A stretch of DNA of 64,000 nucleotides from Acanthaster planci (lineage: Eukaryota), in assembly GCF_001949145.1 (NCBI RefSeq), contig NW_019091358.1, positions 3,630,569-3,694,568 on the forward strand, in the 5' to 3' direction. The notes under the pieces are model-generated. The model saw only the letters and a program-made list of their open reading frames with translations, was not told the DNA's origin and made no database searches. The first letter of the stretch is position 1, and every line of letters starts with the position of its first letter. Shown piece after piece: positions 27,959 to 39,700 of this stretch. The translations under genes were made by a program, and so were the position numbers.

Positions 27959-29373
27959 TTAAAGGTATTCCCTCTTGTTACAGTGCCCTCTTTTCACATG
28001 GGAAAGAAATACACACAGGGGAAAAATTTCATATAAAAAAAGACAGCAGGGCTGGTATCTCATAAAATTTACTGGAATGGAACACAAGAGCCACACAATT
28101 TACAGACAAATGTATTAGAAAAACACTGGACTTGTAGACTTCTACTGGTATTGATGCAGCAACAATAAGAACATCACTGGTCATAGTCCACTAGGTATTT
28201 CAAACACTGACCTTCAAACTACCACTAGTTGGATGATTTAAATACATGAAATTAGCAAAAGCAACATCAGTGACACAGCCAAGTGGGATTCTAAATGGCC
28301 ATGGCTCGGAATATGATGAGTAAAGCTGGAAATATGATAAGAATCAATTCTAAGGAGACCACATGCTAGTGGCTCCTAGCCACTTCCCATTAGACATGAG
28401 TGGTACCCCGGCAACAGCCTAACTTTAAGTTAGGTGTATCTGGCCATTATTTTGTGAAAGCCTGTTTTTTTGTGTGTGTTTCAGCTTCACCTGCCTGAGT
28501 TTTTAGGCCCATGACTGTAGAGATTCCAGTTAAATAACTTCTCAGGTAAATTCTAGTCTGTGCAACATCAGAACCTAGAAACCTCATAAACAGAGTCAAA
28601 CACTGGAATCGTTCCCTTTTTTGGAAAAGACAAGGCTTACAGTCCTCTGCTTTGAGCTTGGAACGCTGGTGTGAGCTACATCTTGAGAAACAAACAAGAC
28701 TGTTGGGATGCAATAATCAACCATTTCTGGTGATTTGAGCAGCAAGCCAGATATTTGTGCTGGCAAACTGTAGGCAGTGGTTACATTACTTTCAACATGT
28801 TCAGGTTCTTCACCCTTAAGTCAGTATCGCGAACCTTCGGTTAGAACAGTCAAACTTCAACACAACGGGGCAGCTCATGACCCACAAAAATAAATACTAA
28901 ACATGTAACAGCATCACTTTCCCTGTGAACATTACTTTTGACAAATGCCCCTGGCTCCTACATTTACGGGCATGAATCTGAGTTAATCGTATAATAAACG
29001 TCACAGACAAAACAAACTTTCTCACACCTACCTCCGTGCTCACACATTCAAATTTTTGTATAGAGGGCTAAAGAAAAACACCCAGGTGTTCCACATCAGG
29101 CATTTCTGAAGGTGTTACACTGTATGCCTTAAACATTTCTTAATTTATGAGCCTGGGAACCGCTCATTCATTTTACATGGGCAGTGGTGGCCACCATGCC
29201 ATGGTTGTGGGCAAAGGTACCGGTGGGGTTGCCAGCCCCTGAAAACATCAATTTTATGCACACGGTAAGTTTTCATCAGTCACTGCGTGTAACCACCATT
29301 TTCCATTTCAGATTTGTAAAGCATCCATTTCCTTGAAAACGGAACTTCGTAACTGGAACTACATGTAGATAAT

Positions 29374-29584
29374 GGGGTCGTCCATTTCTTTGTTTCATTA
29401 TTTTAACGAGCATACAGGACGTAAGCTGAGGGAGGGGTCAACAACCTGTGTGTATTATTCATGAACTGTGAAAAATGATGGGTGGCCACCATTTTCTTGC
29501 ATACTATTTCAGGAGGGGAAGAGGTCGGAGGAAAAGTGTGTTAAGTACACTCAAGAGCATGACAAAAAAATGAGATGTCCCCTA
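29374..29584. mobile_element. Degenerate MITE (ggggtcgtccatt..aatgagatgtcccc)
   Basis: Imperfect terminal inverted repeat; abuts the RTE fragment. Confidence 0.4.
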
Positions 29585-29589
29585 CAACC

Positions 29590-29920
29590 CAGGATTGTTA
29601 ACAAACCAACACTATAGAATGAAAGTATCAAGCACCGAAGACTGAGCTGGTTTGGCCGTCATTGCATCTGCCATGAGATGTACAAGCAAAGAATGCTCAT
29701 GATGAAACACAAAGGAAAGAGAAAAGACTGGCAGGGGAAAAAGGAAAATGCCCTAGACACAATTAACAATGACTTCAAACCTCTTGATAGCACAGACTTG
29801 AATAAGGAAATCATAGCAATGACAGAGCTAGCTGGAGACAACAGGTCAGACATGTAATGTTTACGTTGTAAATTATCGGTGCACAATGAGTAAGGATGCC
29901 AGACTAGAGCTAAAGTAGGT
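29590..29920 (+). mobile_element. Decayed 3' fragment of an RTE-type non-LTR retrotransposon
   Basis: Frame from about 29618 reads ESIKHRRLSWFGRHCIC..MKHKGKRKDWQGKKENALDTINNDF..AGDNR, resembling the RTE post-RT motif I..RRL.WFGH..R...G.R.RGRP...W.D.I..D...A.DR. Confidence 0.6.
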
Positions 29921-31430
29921 GAGAAATTACTGATCCATAGAAAGAAAAAAAATTGTTCTCTAATAATCGTCTCAAAAAATATAAGACCTAACCTTGCCTT
30001 TGTTCACACATTTCTCAAATAATTCTTTGTCATTTCTACCCCTCTTTATTTCAATTTTCTTTTACAAGTTTTATCCTTCCACTTTTTTCAATTCAAAATC
30101 ATATAACACAAAACTGATTAGGCAGTAGGGAAAATTAACTTCAGCGATTCCTGATTTCAGTGTGATTCTGCAATTGCCATCCAAATTCCCAATAAATGTT
30201 GACAGGCATCCCGACCGACCTTCAACTTCCAACATAAATCTCTGTAGACAGGGAACATCAACTCCTGGACAAACTGCCATGCTAACAGCACAGAACCCCA
30301 GCCTAGCTTTTTGTGTACAAAACCTGTCTCTTTTAGTCCAAACAGCTATAAAGAACAAAATTTGCAGGCCTCTGACAGCCTACAGCCAAAATTGTGTTTT
30401 TGTTTCCCTACAGCAGAACGGTTGACAGACCCCAGGCACCTTGGGAGATAAACAGTTCCTGACCAACCAAAACCAGTTGAAATATCTCCTGAAATAAAAA
30501 CTGGTCCAAAAAATGCTGTTGTTTTTCCTGGCACAAGGTCACATGTATATTGATGTCACTGTAATAATTCACTGAGATACCAATGGCTAGCCATGGTAGC
30601 ACTAACAAGGATGCTACACTTGAATTTAGGACTTCTGCCAAGGTGTAATTCAGTGCAGTACTTCTGTTCAATGGAAGGGTCAATGAGATACAAACTATCA
30701 GTGATAACCAAAAAAGTCTTCAAAATTCCTGACTCAACTTCTTTAAAAGTGTTTGTAATGCCCAGGTCAGGAATTTGTGTGTACATATCCTCACAAAGGA
30801 AAGAGAAGTTTATAAATCTGCAATCTATTCTGGCTTTCGACCTCAAAATCGATCCTTCTCCAAAAAACAGTTTCAACACATCTTGAAATTATTTCAGTTG
30901 AAGTACATTTTCTTGACTTTGGCCATGTCCAAATGCTCTGCAGCTGGAAAGCCACAGAGGCCCTGGTCTTAGCTCCAGAAGGGAGCAAACTGTCCCCTAC
31001 ATTTGGCTAGCCAATTTGTTTCATTTAGGCAAAGAACAAAATCTTCAGAAGCGACAAAAAAAGAAAAAAGAAACAGCTAAGAACTGTTTTTTGAAGAGCA
31101 AAAAAGCTTTCTTTGAAATCAAGATATTGCAATCAGTGCACTATTATCAAGACCAATGTCAAGCTTTTTGTCCCCTTAAATTACAGTGCAGTGACCTTTG
31201 ACAGTTTGGGGTCAGTCTCCTATCTAGGATGGGGAAAAGCTGTAAACAGAATTTCAGACGCAGTAAGGGGGGAGAGAGAGGATGACTTGTGAGTACTGTG
31301 TGCCAGTTTGATGAATGAGGTGATGAAAAATGACCAAAACCTCTCGTTAATGGGCCATCTGTATGGAAAGCAGCATCCCACATTATAGCTTTCGATTTGT
31401 GTGGGCTCTAGGACAAGGAGTGTGCCCATT

Positions 31431-31853
31431 CGACATGGAAACCACGCATGCGACCTTCAAAACCATGGTTGTATGATACTGAATTGAAGCCAGACTGTGC
31501 ATGCGATGATGATGATGAGGTCGTGCGTGACACCGAAAACTACTATGCAAAAAACCATCATGACGCTTGAGTGACACTGAAAATATACCTGGGCAACAAT
31601 CAAATACTGTGCCCAAGCAACGTTGGAAAGTGTACCTGCGTGACACTGAAATACTCAATGTGCAACGTTGAAAGCCTGTGTGACATTAAATCCGTACAAG
31701 TACAAATTTAATGTGGAAAAACTAAGCCTGTGCAACATGGAAACGCTGTGCCCTCTGAAGGAAACAACTGGATGTGCAACACTAGTAAACCAAGCCCATG
31801 TGTAACATTGGAAAACTATACATGTACATGCCCAACGTTGAAAACTGTGCCTT
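31431..31853. repeat. Degenerate minisatellite; core approx. gtg(c/t)aac(a/g)ttgaaaac with 20-30 bp spacing
   Basis: More than ten variants, e.g. gcgtgacaccgaaaac, gcaacgttggaaagt, gtgcaacgttgaaagc, gtgcaacatggaaac, gtaacattggaaaact, ccaacgttgaaaact. Confidence 0.6.
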
Positions 31854-31972
31854 GATTGATCCCCCCCCTTCAAGTTACTTGGGAGTTATTTTATTCCAAC
31901 AAAATGCTGTGTCTTTATTAGACAAATAATAGGTTGTTCATCCTCAGATGGATGAATTTTTATTTGGTTTAA

Positions 31973-32217
31973 GGGTAATTCCAGAAATTAGGGGTCCAAA
32001 AGTGTGACATTTTTGTATCACTGTTACATCTGACCTTTGTTATTTGACTTGGAAATATCACCGGAATCTACTTCAAACTATTACTATTTGTTTGGCAGGT
32101 AATTTGCATTAATTTATCATTCTTGGAAATTAGAAAATGTGTTCTGAACTTACAAAATCACATCAGATGTGACAGGGACACAGAAAAAAAATGGACCCCT
32201 AATTTCTGGAATTACCC
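31973..32217. mobile_element. MITE, Kolobok-like (TTAA TSD, GG..CC termini)
   Basis: Perfect 26-bp TIR gggtaattccagaaattaggggtcca / tggacccctaatttctggaattaccc, with TTAA at 31969-31972 and 32218-32221. Confidence 0.85.
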
Positions 32218-34427
32218 TTAAATATCACAGGCTGTACAGTGGACCCAATGTCACACAGGTATGACAAATATTTGTCTGTCAAGGCGCTCCATACATCTGT
32301 AGCAAAACAGAAGGTGGCATTGGGGATGAGGGCCTCTCAGCTTTGCTCAATAGCAGGTGATCACACACTTATTTCTGGGGTAACGATTAACTCAAAACCT
32401 GTTACATACTGGTAGATGTATCAATCAGGGAAAACACTGACAGCTACAGTCATTTGGAATTGGGAAAATTGACACAACTACACAAGTTTTGGGTGACCTA
32501 ACAAACTGCTCTTACGCCCCCCTTATTATTTCAATTCCAATTTCATGATACCATCATTACTGTTTTTAATCATCCCTGTCTAGTTTTTATATTACAAAGT
32601 ACAGTTAAATGATACAAAAGCTGTAATTTTTAGAGGTGGTAACACTGGTTGTGGTCTTAGTTGGTGAATCTTTTTCATTTATGATTTCACACCGTGCTGT
32701 CTTCTCAAGAGTAAAATGGTTCCAAGGTCAAGGAAAAAATTGATTTACCCTTTGAATATGAGTTACAAGTCCACCTAGTGCACAGCCAGTTGCTTTTGCT
32801 TGCCTTTTCCTAAACAATATCTTTGTCCTGTTTAGGTCAAATTTTTTAGACCAAGAAAGTACTGGTGAAATGATATTTGATTTGGGCATATGTTTTTAAC
32901 TATTTATTTTGGTACTTTTCCACTTTTGCATTTGAAATGGTTTAGCCAAGCTGGGTAGCTCTCAGTATATCAATGTTGCTCTTGAATTGTCGAGTTCCTT
33001 GCCTTCTTCCACATTCCACACTCCCTCCCCCCCCTTCTTGGCTGATCTACTGGACAGCATTGGAGTCTTCTTTCTAATGGACTCAATTTTTTGTTTGGTT
33101 ACTCAGACTCGGGCCACAAGACTTGATGACTCAGCTCAAGTGTGCCAAAGGTCTATCCAGAAATGATTGTTTTGTAATTCTCAGCACCCTTTCAATGTAA
33201 AATAGTTTAAGTGACTTGCAAAGCATTTGAGGACGTTTTTGGGGAGATGTAACATGCCAAGTCAAAAATAATTATCATGACACAACAAATACTTGGAAAT
33301 ATTGGTCCTCATTTTGCTCTTGCTAATCATAAATCGGAACCAATTTCTGCACTGTGTGAAACTTATGCATGTCTGTTCGTAATGCATGTCTTTTTTAAAT
33401 GTGTGAGCACATCTGGTTTATGGAACGATTCAGACTTCGACTCAGATTTTCTGCTCGTACTCCGCCACAGATTTTTTTAACTTGCACTCAAACCAGCAGA
33501 TTTCAGACTTGAAAGTGGTGCACTTGACTGCAACTCGAAAACACTAACTTTTCTATTTCCTCTCGCAACTCCCAAAGTAGACTGAAAAATGGAGAAAGAA
33601 AACAGAAAGAGAACTCAGGGCTACGGCAAACAACATGCAGACATAATTGGGAATCATATGGAAGTACATGTCTGCAAGTGATTCTGCGCTTATTTCATTT
33701 CTGACGGGGTTAGGGTTAGAGTCAGACTGTTGCTACATACACATGCAGGTGAAGTCAATGGTGTTCCGTGAAAGACACGCTCATTTGTCAGATCTGGGTT
33801 GACAAAGTCAGACACCCATTTCTTGTCTCTCTTGTGGAACTGCGTCTGTCTGTCGCAGTTCATCTGCTGTGCATAAACATGGTCACATTATTCTCACGAC
33901 TGCCTAGATCACGACTATGGAGGGAAAAAAAGGAGAGACCCATCCGGAAACATTGCTGATCGAGGAAAGGGGTGGGAAGGGAGATCAGAGGATACTGTAT
34001 GTTTAGCTCAGGTGATGACAGAGATGTAATTGGAGACATGGAAGAAAAGTATTTAGCAGAAAGGGATTCTGTGAAATGTGCTACACCGAAAAATATGGAA
34101 AGGAAGTTTTCTTACATTCACTTCTAGAACAATTTTGTGTTTCTTCAATGTATGGAAAAAAATTGACATCCTGTTGGGGATTAATGTACTGAAAAGTGCA
34201 ATTTTTAAAAACACTTATATCTGTCCATGTTTCTTTGGACAACAGAAGGTGCTGTTGCTGTGAATCAACTGGAGCGATACCACTCAGTTTACAGGGTCTT
34301 CTATATGTCATATGTGTTGAGTACTTTATCTGTGATTGAGGAATTCTGTACTCATGGTAAAAGCCCTAATTCCTGAGTGTGCAACATTACAAACATCTGG
34401 TGCAGATATCTTAGCTGTTCCCTGTAT

Positions 34428-34586
34428 CGGGGGTGAGATTTACCAATGATAAAAATAGCTAAAAACAGCTGAAAAAGAATTGTGAAAATCTCCTATACTT
34501 TTGTACACAGCCAGTGAGGGAAAAAAAGCTGAAATCTCTAACACAAAAGCTGAAATCAGCTAAAAAGCTGAGAAATCTCACCCCTG
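34428..34586. mobile_element. MITE with C(A/G)GGGGTGAGATTT TIRs and internal aaaagctgaaa repeats
   Basis: 14-bp TIR with one mismatch; flanks ctgtat / ctgtac resemble a TSD. Confidence 0.65.
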
Positions 34587-36779
34587 CTGTACCTATGGCA
34601 TCGAGGCTTGTGACTGGCAACCCAACAAACATACCAATCAATTGAGACCTGTTTCAACAATTAGGTCTAAACAGCCCAGTTGAAACAATAATTAAGATGC
34701 AGCTGGGCTGAATCCTTCAGTTCATATTTCTTCTATTTATCCTCAGTGTCTGTTAGCAAAGTAAATGGCTTCGTTAAAATGACAAGATTATGGAAAGGAT
34801 TCTCTGAGATTTTGCATGCTGTTTTTAATCATTCTGATAATGTTACTTGAAAAACTGGTCAATTCCTGACAGCATAATAAGTTATTAATGTCAATAGATG
34901 CCAGTACTTAAGGGGAAAGTGTGATCCATGTCTTGAAGAAGTAAACGAATGACCAACAAACAAAATCCAACCTTTAGATTCCAAGAGGTACTAAAAGGTA
35001 AACGTGATGCTTAGCACAAAATCATACATTTTAAATTTGGGATGTCAGCTCAACTTACAAGAATATGTTAAATTTGGGCAATCTGGAGAGTGCATGGCTC
35101 CACAACCTAAACAGTTCTGACCATTCCTGAATGCTTTGGCAAGTACATGTTCGTTTTTGAACTTAATGTGATATGCAAATTTAACTTAAACATAACAGTA
35201 AATAAATCAACAGAACTGAAACAAACAAATAAAGAAAGCCCTGAATTTAAAAACACAAATTAAATTCAGTCAAGAGTTGAAAAACAAGTCACCATTGATG
35301 TGTTGCAGTATGTGGGAAGAACATGAATGAAAAAAAAAAAAAGACACAGAGAAATGGCCGAGATTTAATCAACATCCACGGCTTATGGACGAAGATCTTT
35401 CTTTCAACATGGTATCTGCCATGTGTTAAACTGTCATGTGACTGATGTTATAACTCAAAACCAGGCCTGAAGTAGGTCATGCTCAACAATTACTCTCTCC
35501 CCACTGTAAGGTTTACAGTTCAGAGTGATCCAAAAAAAATTTTTTTTGTGCTGAAACCTTCAGTTGTCAACTGGAGTGAAAGCTTCGGGAATAGATTGAT
35601 CAACAATGGCCAATAGAGGGCACTATATAATCAACTAACAGAAAACACCCTTTCTAGCAATCAGGCATCAGAACTTAGTATCAATGCATGAGGTACACAT
35701 TACGAGGTCCAACAACACAGCCAGAAAGGGCATTCACAAATTGTATATAATTTTTAAATGTTACTTTACTATAGTCCTGACCAACCGGCACATCTTTATG
35801 CATGTAACGGTAAGTTGCCAACAACTGATTCAGAGAGCCATGGTTATTATCACATGCATGTGATGAACTTTGGATACAAATATCTGTTTGCTTCCCATAC
35901 ACAGTTTCAATGTGAATAATTTGTTTTGAGAGGAAAGAACGACAAAGCTAGCTCATGAAAAGGCACAGGACAAAAGACTCCATTTTGCACTCAAATGTCG
36001 ACAGTGACATGGTGGTTTAGTGACGGTGAATAGCAGTACGCACAGTGAATGCATGTAGGATATATCCTGCATTGCATGCTATATAGGATAAATATATCAT
36101 ATCCTGTATCCTATGTAGCAAAAATAAGAAGAGGTGTAGTAAGGTTGAGGCATATCAATATCTATCTGTAGAATTCATGCTTACAGAATAAATCTGGCAC
36201 GGACAATGGGACTAGTTAACAACATTTCAAGGCTGTCACATTTCTTAAATTCATAGAGTGAACAATCAACCTGTACATCCCTCCAATCATGTATCTGAGG
36301 CTAACGGGTGGCATCAACTATATCTCTTTTCAAGGCATGCTTTTACCGGTGCCAATAAGGTCCACACAGTACCAAAGTGTGACGTCACTGTGAACCAGAA
36401 CGTACAGTGCAAAGGAATGGAGTACGCGCGCGTGTTGGTTCACACGCTGGTTCTCGTGCTAATGTCTTTTACACACTAATTGTGCGCACGACGTATTCAC
36501 TTCGGTACTCTATTCCCAACATGGTGGCATGAATGAGTGTTGTGCTTCAGTGTGAAGGTACTTGATTTCATACTCTGTCAGAGGCAAAATACCAGTAGCT
36601 TTCACATTTTGGACCGATTCAAAACCCACATCCTTCTTTGCTGGTGCATGACAGGCTCAACCTGAAGTGTAATCAGGAGTACTGTGTTCTCTGCAGCATA
36701 AACCATACCACAGAGGTTTGTCCAAGGCCACACTGTCCGTAAAACCCCACCCTCCTCCCAGCCGAGGGGTTTAGGCGTG

Positions 36780-39700
36780 TTACCTGGGCTTGGGGAAGAA
36801 CCGTATGAAGATGATCATCCAGAGGAAAACGATGCTGACACAGAGCAGGGAGCCCCAGAGCCACCAGTTGCAGGCCCGCTGGGTGTGCTGCTGCAGACGT
36901 TCGCTCTCTACTTTGAGCCTGCCGTAGTTGCTGTCGGCTAGCTGGATGGTCTCCCCGAGCCGCTGCACCAAGAAACCACCAAGGAACTTGGGTGAACGCA
37001 CGGGTTAATCAACACTTTCAGAAAATGCTGGTCAGGAAAATTTCCTGGCAATCTAAAACCGCCTGAGACCAAAGCACAGTCAGTATAAGCAAATCAAGTG
37101 ACCCTGGCAATACTATCGCTGGTCACTTCTTGAAGTGGACCCCGCCGATGGTGGTAAGCAATGTGTGAAGCGACTTTTCCGTGACAGTTGCTCTCTACAA
37201 AACCCAACACGATGCTTTCTGCTTTTAATGGGGGCAATCAAGAATGTCCGATGAAAAGTTCCAGGATTCTTCTATAAATCACACAACCGTAGTTCGCTGA
37301 TCCTATTTGCAGTCAAGCAAAAGATCTCTCCGAGGCACAGGACTTGCAAAACCAGGAAGAGATTTGCTCAGCAAAACCAGCCAATATGTAATGCCTCAGA
37401 TATCTCTCGTTACTGGTTCACTACTGATTTTTACTCAGCACATAAGTTTGCTGAGCTTCATGGACAACCTGTGAGATCAATATGCTATGGGATTGTAGCA
37501 ATGTGGAATCTACAGCTCATGTCACCTAACAAAAGAAACACAGTGCACTAACAAAGAGCATCCATTGTTATTGCAACGTACGCATTTTGTAAAATGTTCA
37601 TAGCGTAACCAGCAGTGTTGTATTTTAGTCCGTCACAAGTCTAGTCACAAGGCCAGTCACAAGTCCCTTCACAAGGCCAGTCACAAGTCCCTTCACATGG
37701 CCAGTCACAAGTCCCTTCACAATGCCAGTCATTAGTAACAGGGTGAACAATGACAAAAGAATGCTTTTGTCACTGCTCATTTGAATAGCAAGTGAATTGG
37801 TTGAAGACTGAATGACTTGTGATGGACTTGCAGGGACTTGTGATGGACTCTAATACAATACTGCTAAGCAGGACCTCACACTGGGCAGCATGATGGTTGG
37901 ACCAAGACGTCAACAAAATACACATTCAAAAGCCACGGTACGAAGAACGGAATAAATGTTCTTACACAGAGAAGACATGTCTTTCGGGCCATACATCTTT
38001 TGTGCATGCAAGTTTGTGAGCGTACTACACAAACAATGCTTGATCAATATGGACTGACTGCACTGTCGGCGTATGGATGCCACTGAAATGATTCACCTGT
38101 GTTTTTCCTTGCTGCTAAGTGGGTACTCGTTCCTAGGAGTCCTGTGTCCAATTACACAGCCCTACTCATCACGGAATTCTACGATTACGAACACGACTCA
38201 ATGCCTACTAAAAAACACTGGCAGGGAAAATGTGACTTACCCTGTCAAAACACAGTTCTTAGAGGATGTGTGCACGCAGTGCAAAAATTTAAAATTCCTT
38301 GTTGACTCATGAAACCCACACTAAGTGTCAGAAGGGGGATTTTCTGCCGTATTAGCACAAGGTAAGCTGTGCATGAACTGTACATGTATGTCCGACCACC
38401 AGTCGCTGCTTCTTATTAATACGCATGCACAAAACGGCCCCACTCAAGTGACCCGAGTTTAACATTTTTCACTCACAGTTTGCCATTAGTTACAACTCTT
38501 ACTGCATACACAGTCTATGAAATCTCTTACAATTACTGTCACGTCAAAAATTATCTCTGAACTTACACGTAATTACCAAGAGGCTACTGATGACTAGCAG
38601 AGCAAGTGTACTCTGTGGTCCGGTTCCCAACAGTTGCTAAAGTAGTCCAGCTATCCATGATTCAAGAGACATCGGTTGAACTCAAGTTATTTGCAGTTGT
38701 CACTTGCCTAAAGATTCTTCTCTCACTGATATTTTGCCTGAGCATCTAATCTTACCCTATTATCCTCTTGGATGATGTTGCTGGCCGCTACCGTGTTGTG
38801 TTTGAGGCTTCTAGTCAGTGACAGCATCTCCTCCGCCAGCTTCTCCTGCATGTTGTGGTGATGCTGGAGCACTGCATCCAGGTCATCTGACGATGCCTTG
38901 TCGTCAGGGTCATGTAATCTGTGTGGACGAAACCAATTGGAAGGATTTTTTTTTCAGAAAATTGGTGTTGGGAGACAGAAAACTATTTGGGTACATAGAA
39001 AACTGTAGTAAATTACCAATGGATGTTCTTGAATTTTGAGGCATTCCATGTGCTTTTGGAAGGGAAGTTAACAAGTCCCCCAATTGCTTGTTTTCTCCTT
39101 CATTTCCCCCTCCCCCCAAGAATATCTTCCTTTTGGGGAGGGGAACTGTGATCTCCATTGGCCTCCTGGATCTGGCAATGTTGTGGTATGCATTCATATT
39201 TCTTTACAATGACAAATTCCACAGCAGAAACTTAACTGCTGTGGCAAAATCATTTTCAAAGCAACTTCAGTTTCAATAATGGAGTGACAAGCTATATATG
39301 GAGTTTACCTTCTATGCCTCAATCCATTCTCCTGTAAATCATCAGTCTGGAAAGGAGACAGAGATACAAATACTCTTTATAGCATGGGAAAGCAGTTCTG
39401 AAAATAAAACACTGGTCAATGTCAGTATCTCCGCAGATAAGAACAGAAAAGCGAACAAAGCTCCACAAACTAAATGACGGAAAATGCAGAATGGATTTTT
39501 TTTCATGACAACATAGCTAAATCTAAGTGTCCTTGCAATTTTCACCCAAGGACAATTTGGGCCAAAAATCAGCACTCTTTCAAATTTGTTTTGCTTTGAA
39601 AATCCATCAAGCTATCTGATGCTGATAATTTGGGAAGCCATATTTAACAAATGTATTTGAATCAGCAAAAAATTTAATCTTTTTCACACAGGGATAAAAT

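Noticed and set aside
30556..30886. Overlapping ORFs on both strands
   Set aside because: No family resemblance or exon boundaries; length is compatible with chance.
31431..31853. CRISPR-like repeat/spacer appearance
   Set aside because: Eukaryotic context, degenerate repeats, spacers too short and irregular, no cas genes.
33706..33719. TTAGGG copies as an interstitial telomere (also near 40431 and 27950)
   Set aside because: Only 1-2 units each; some are explained by MITE or SINE ends.
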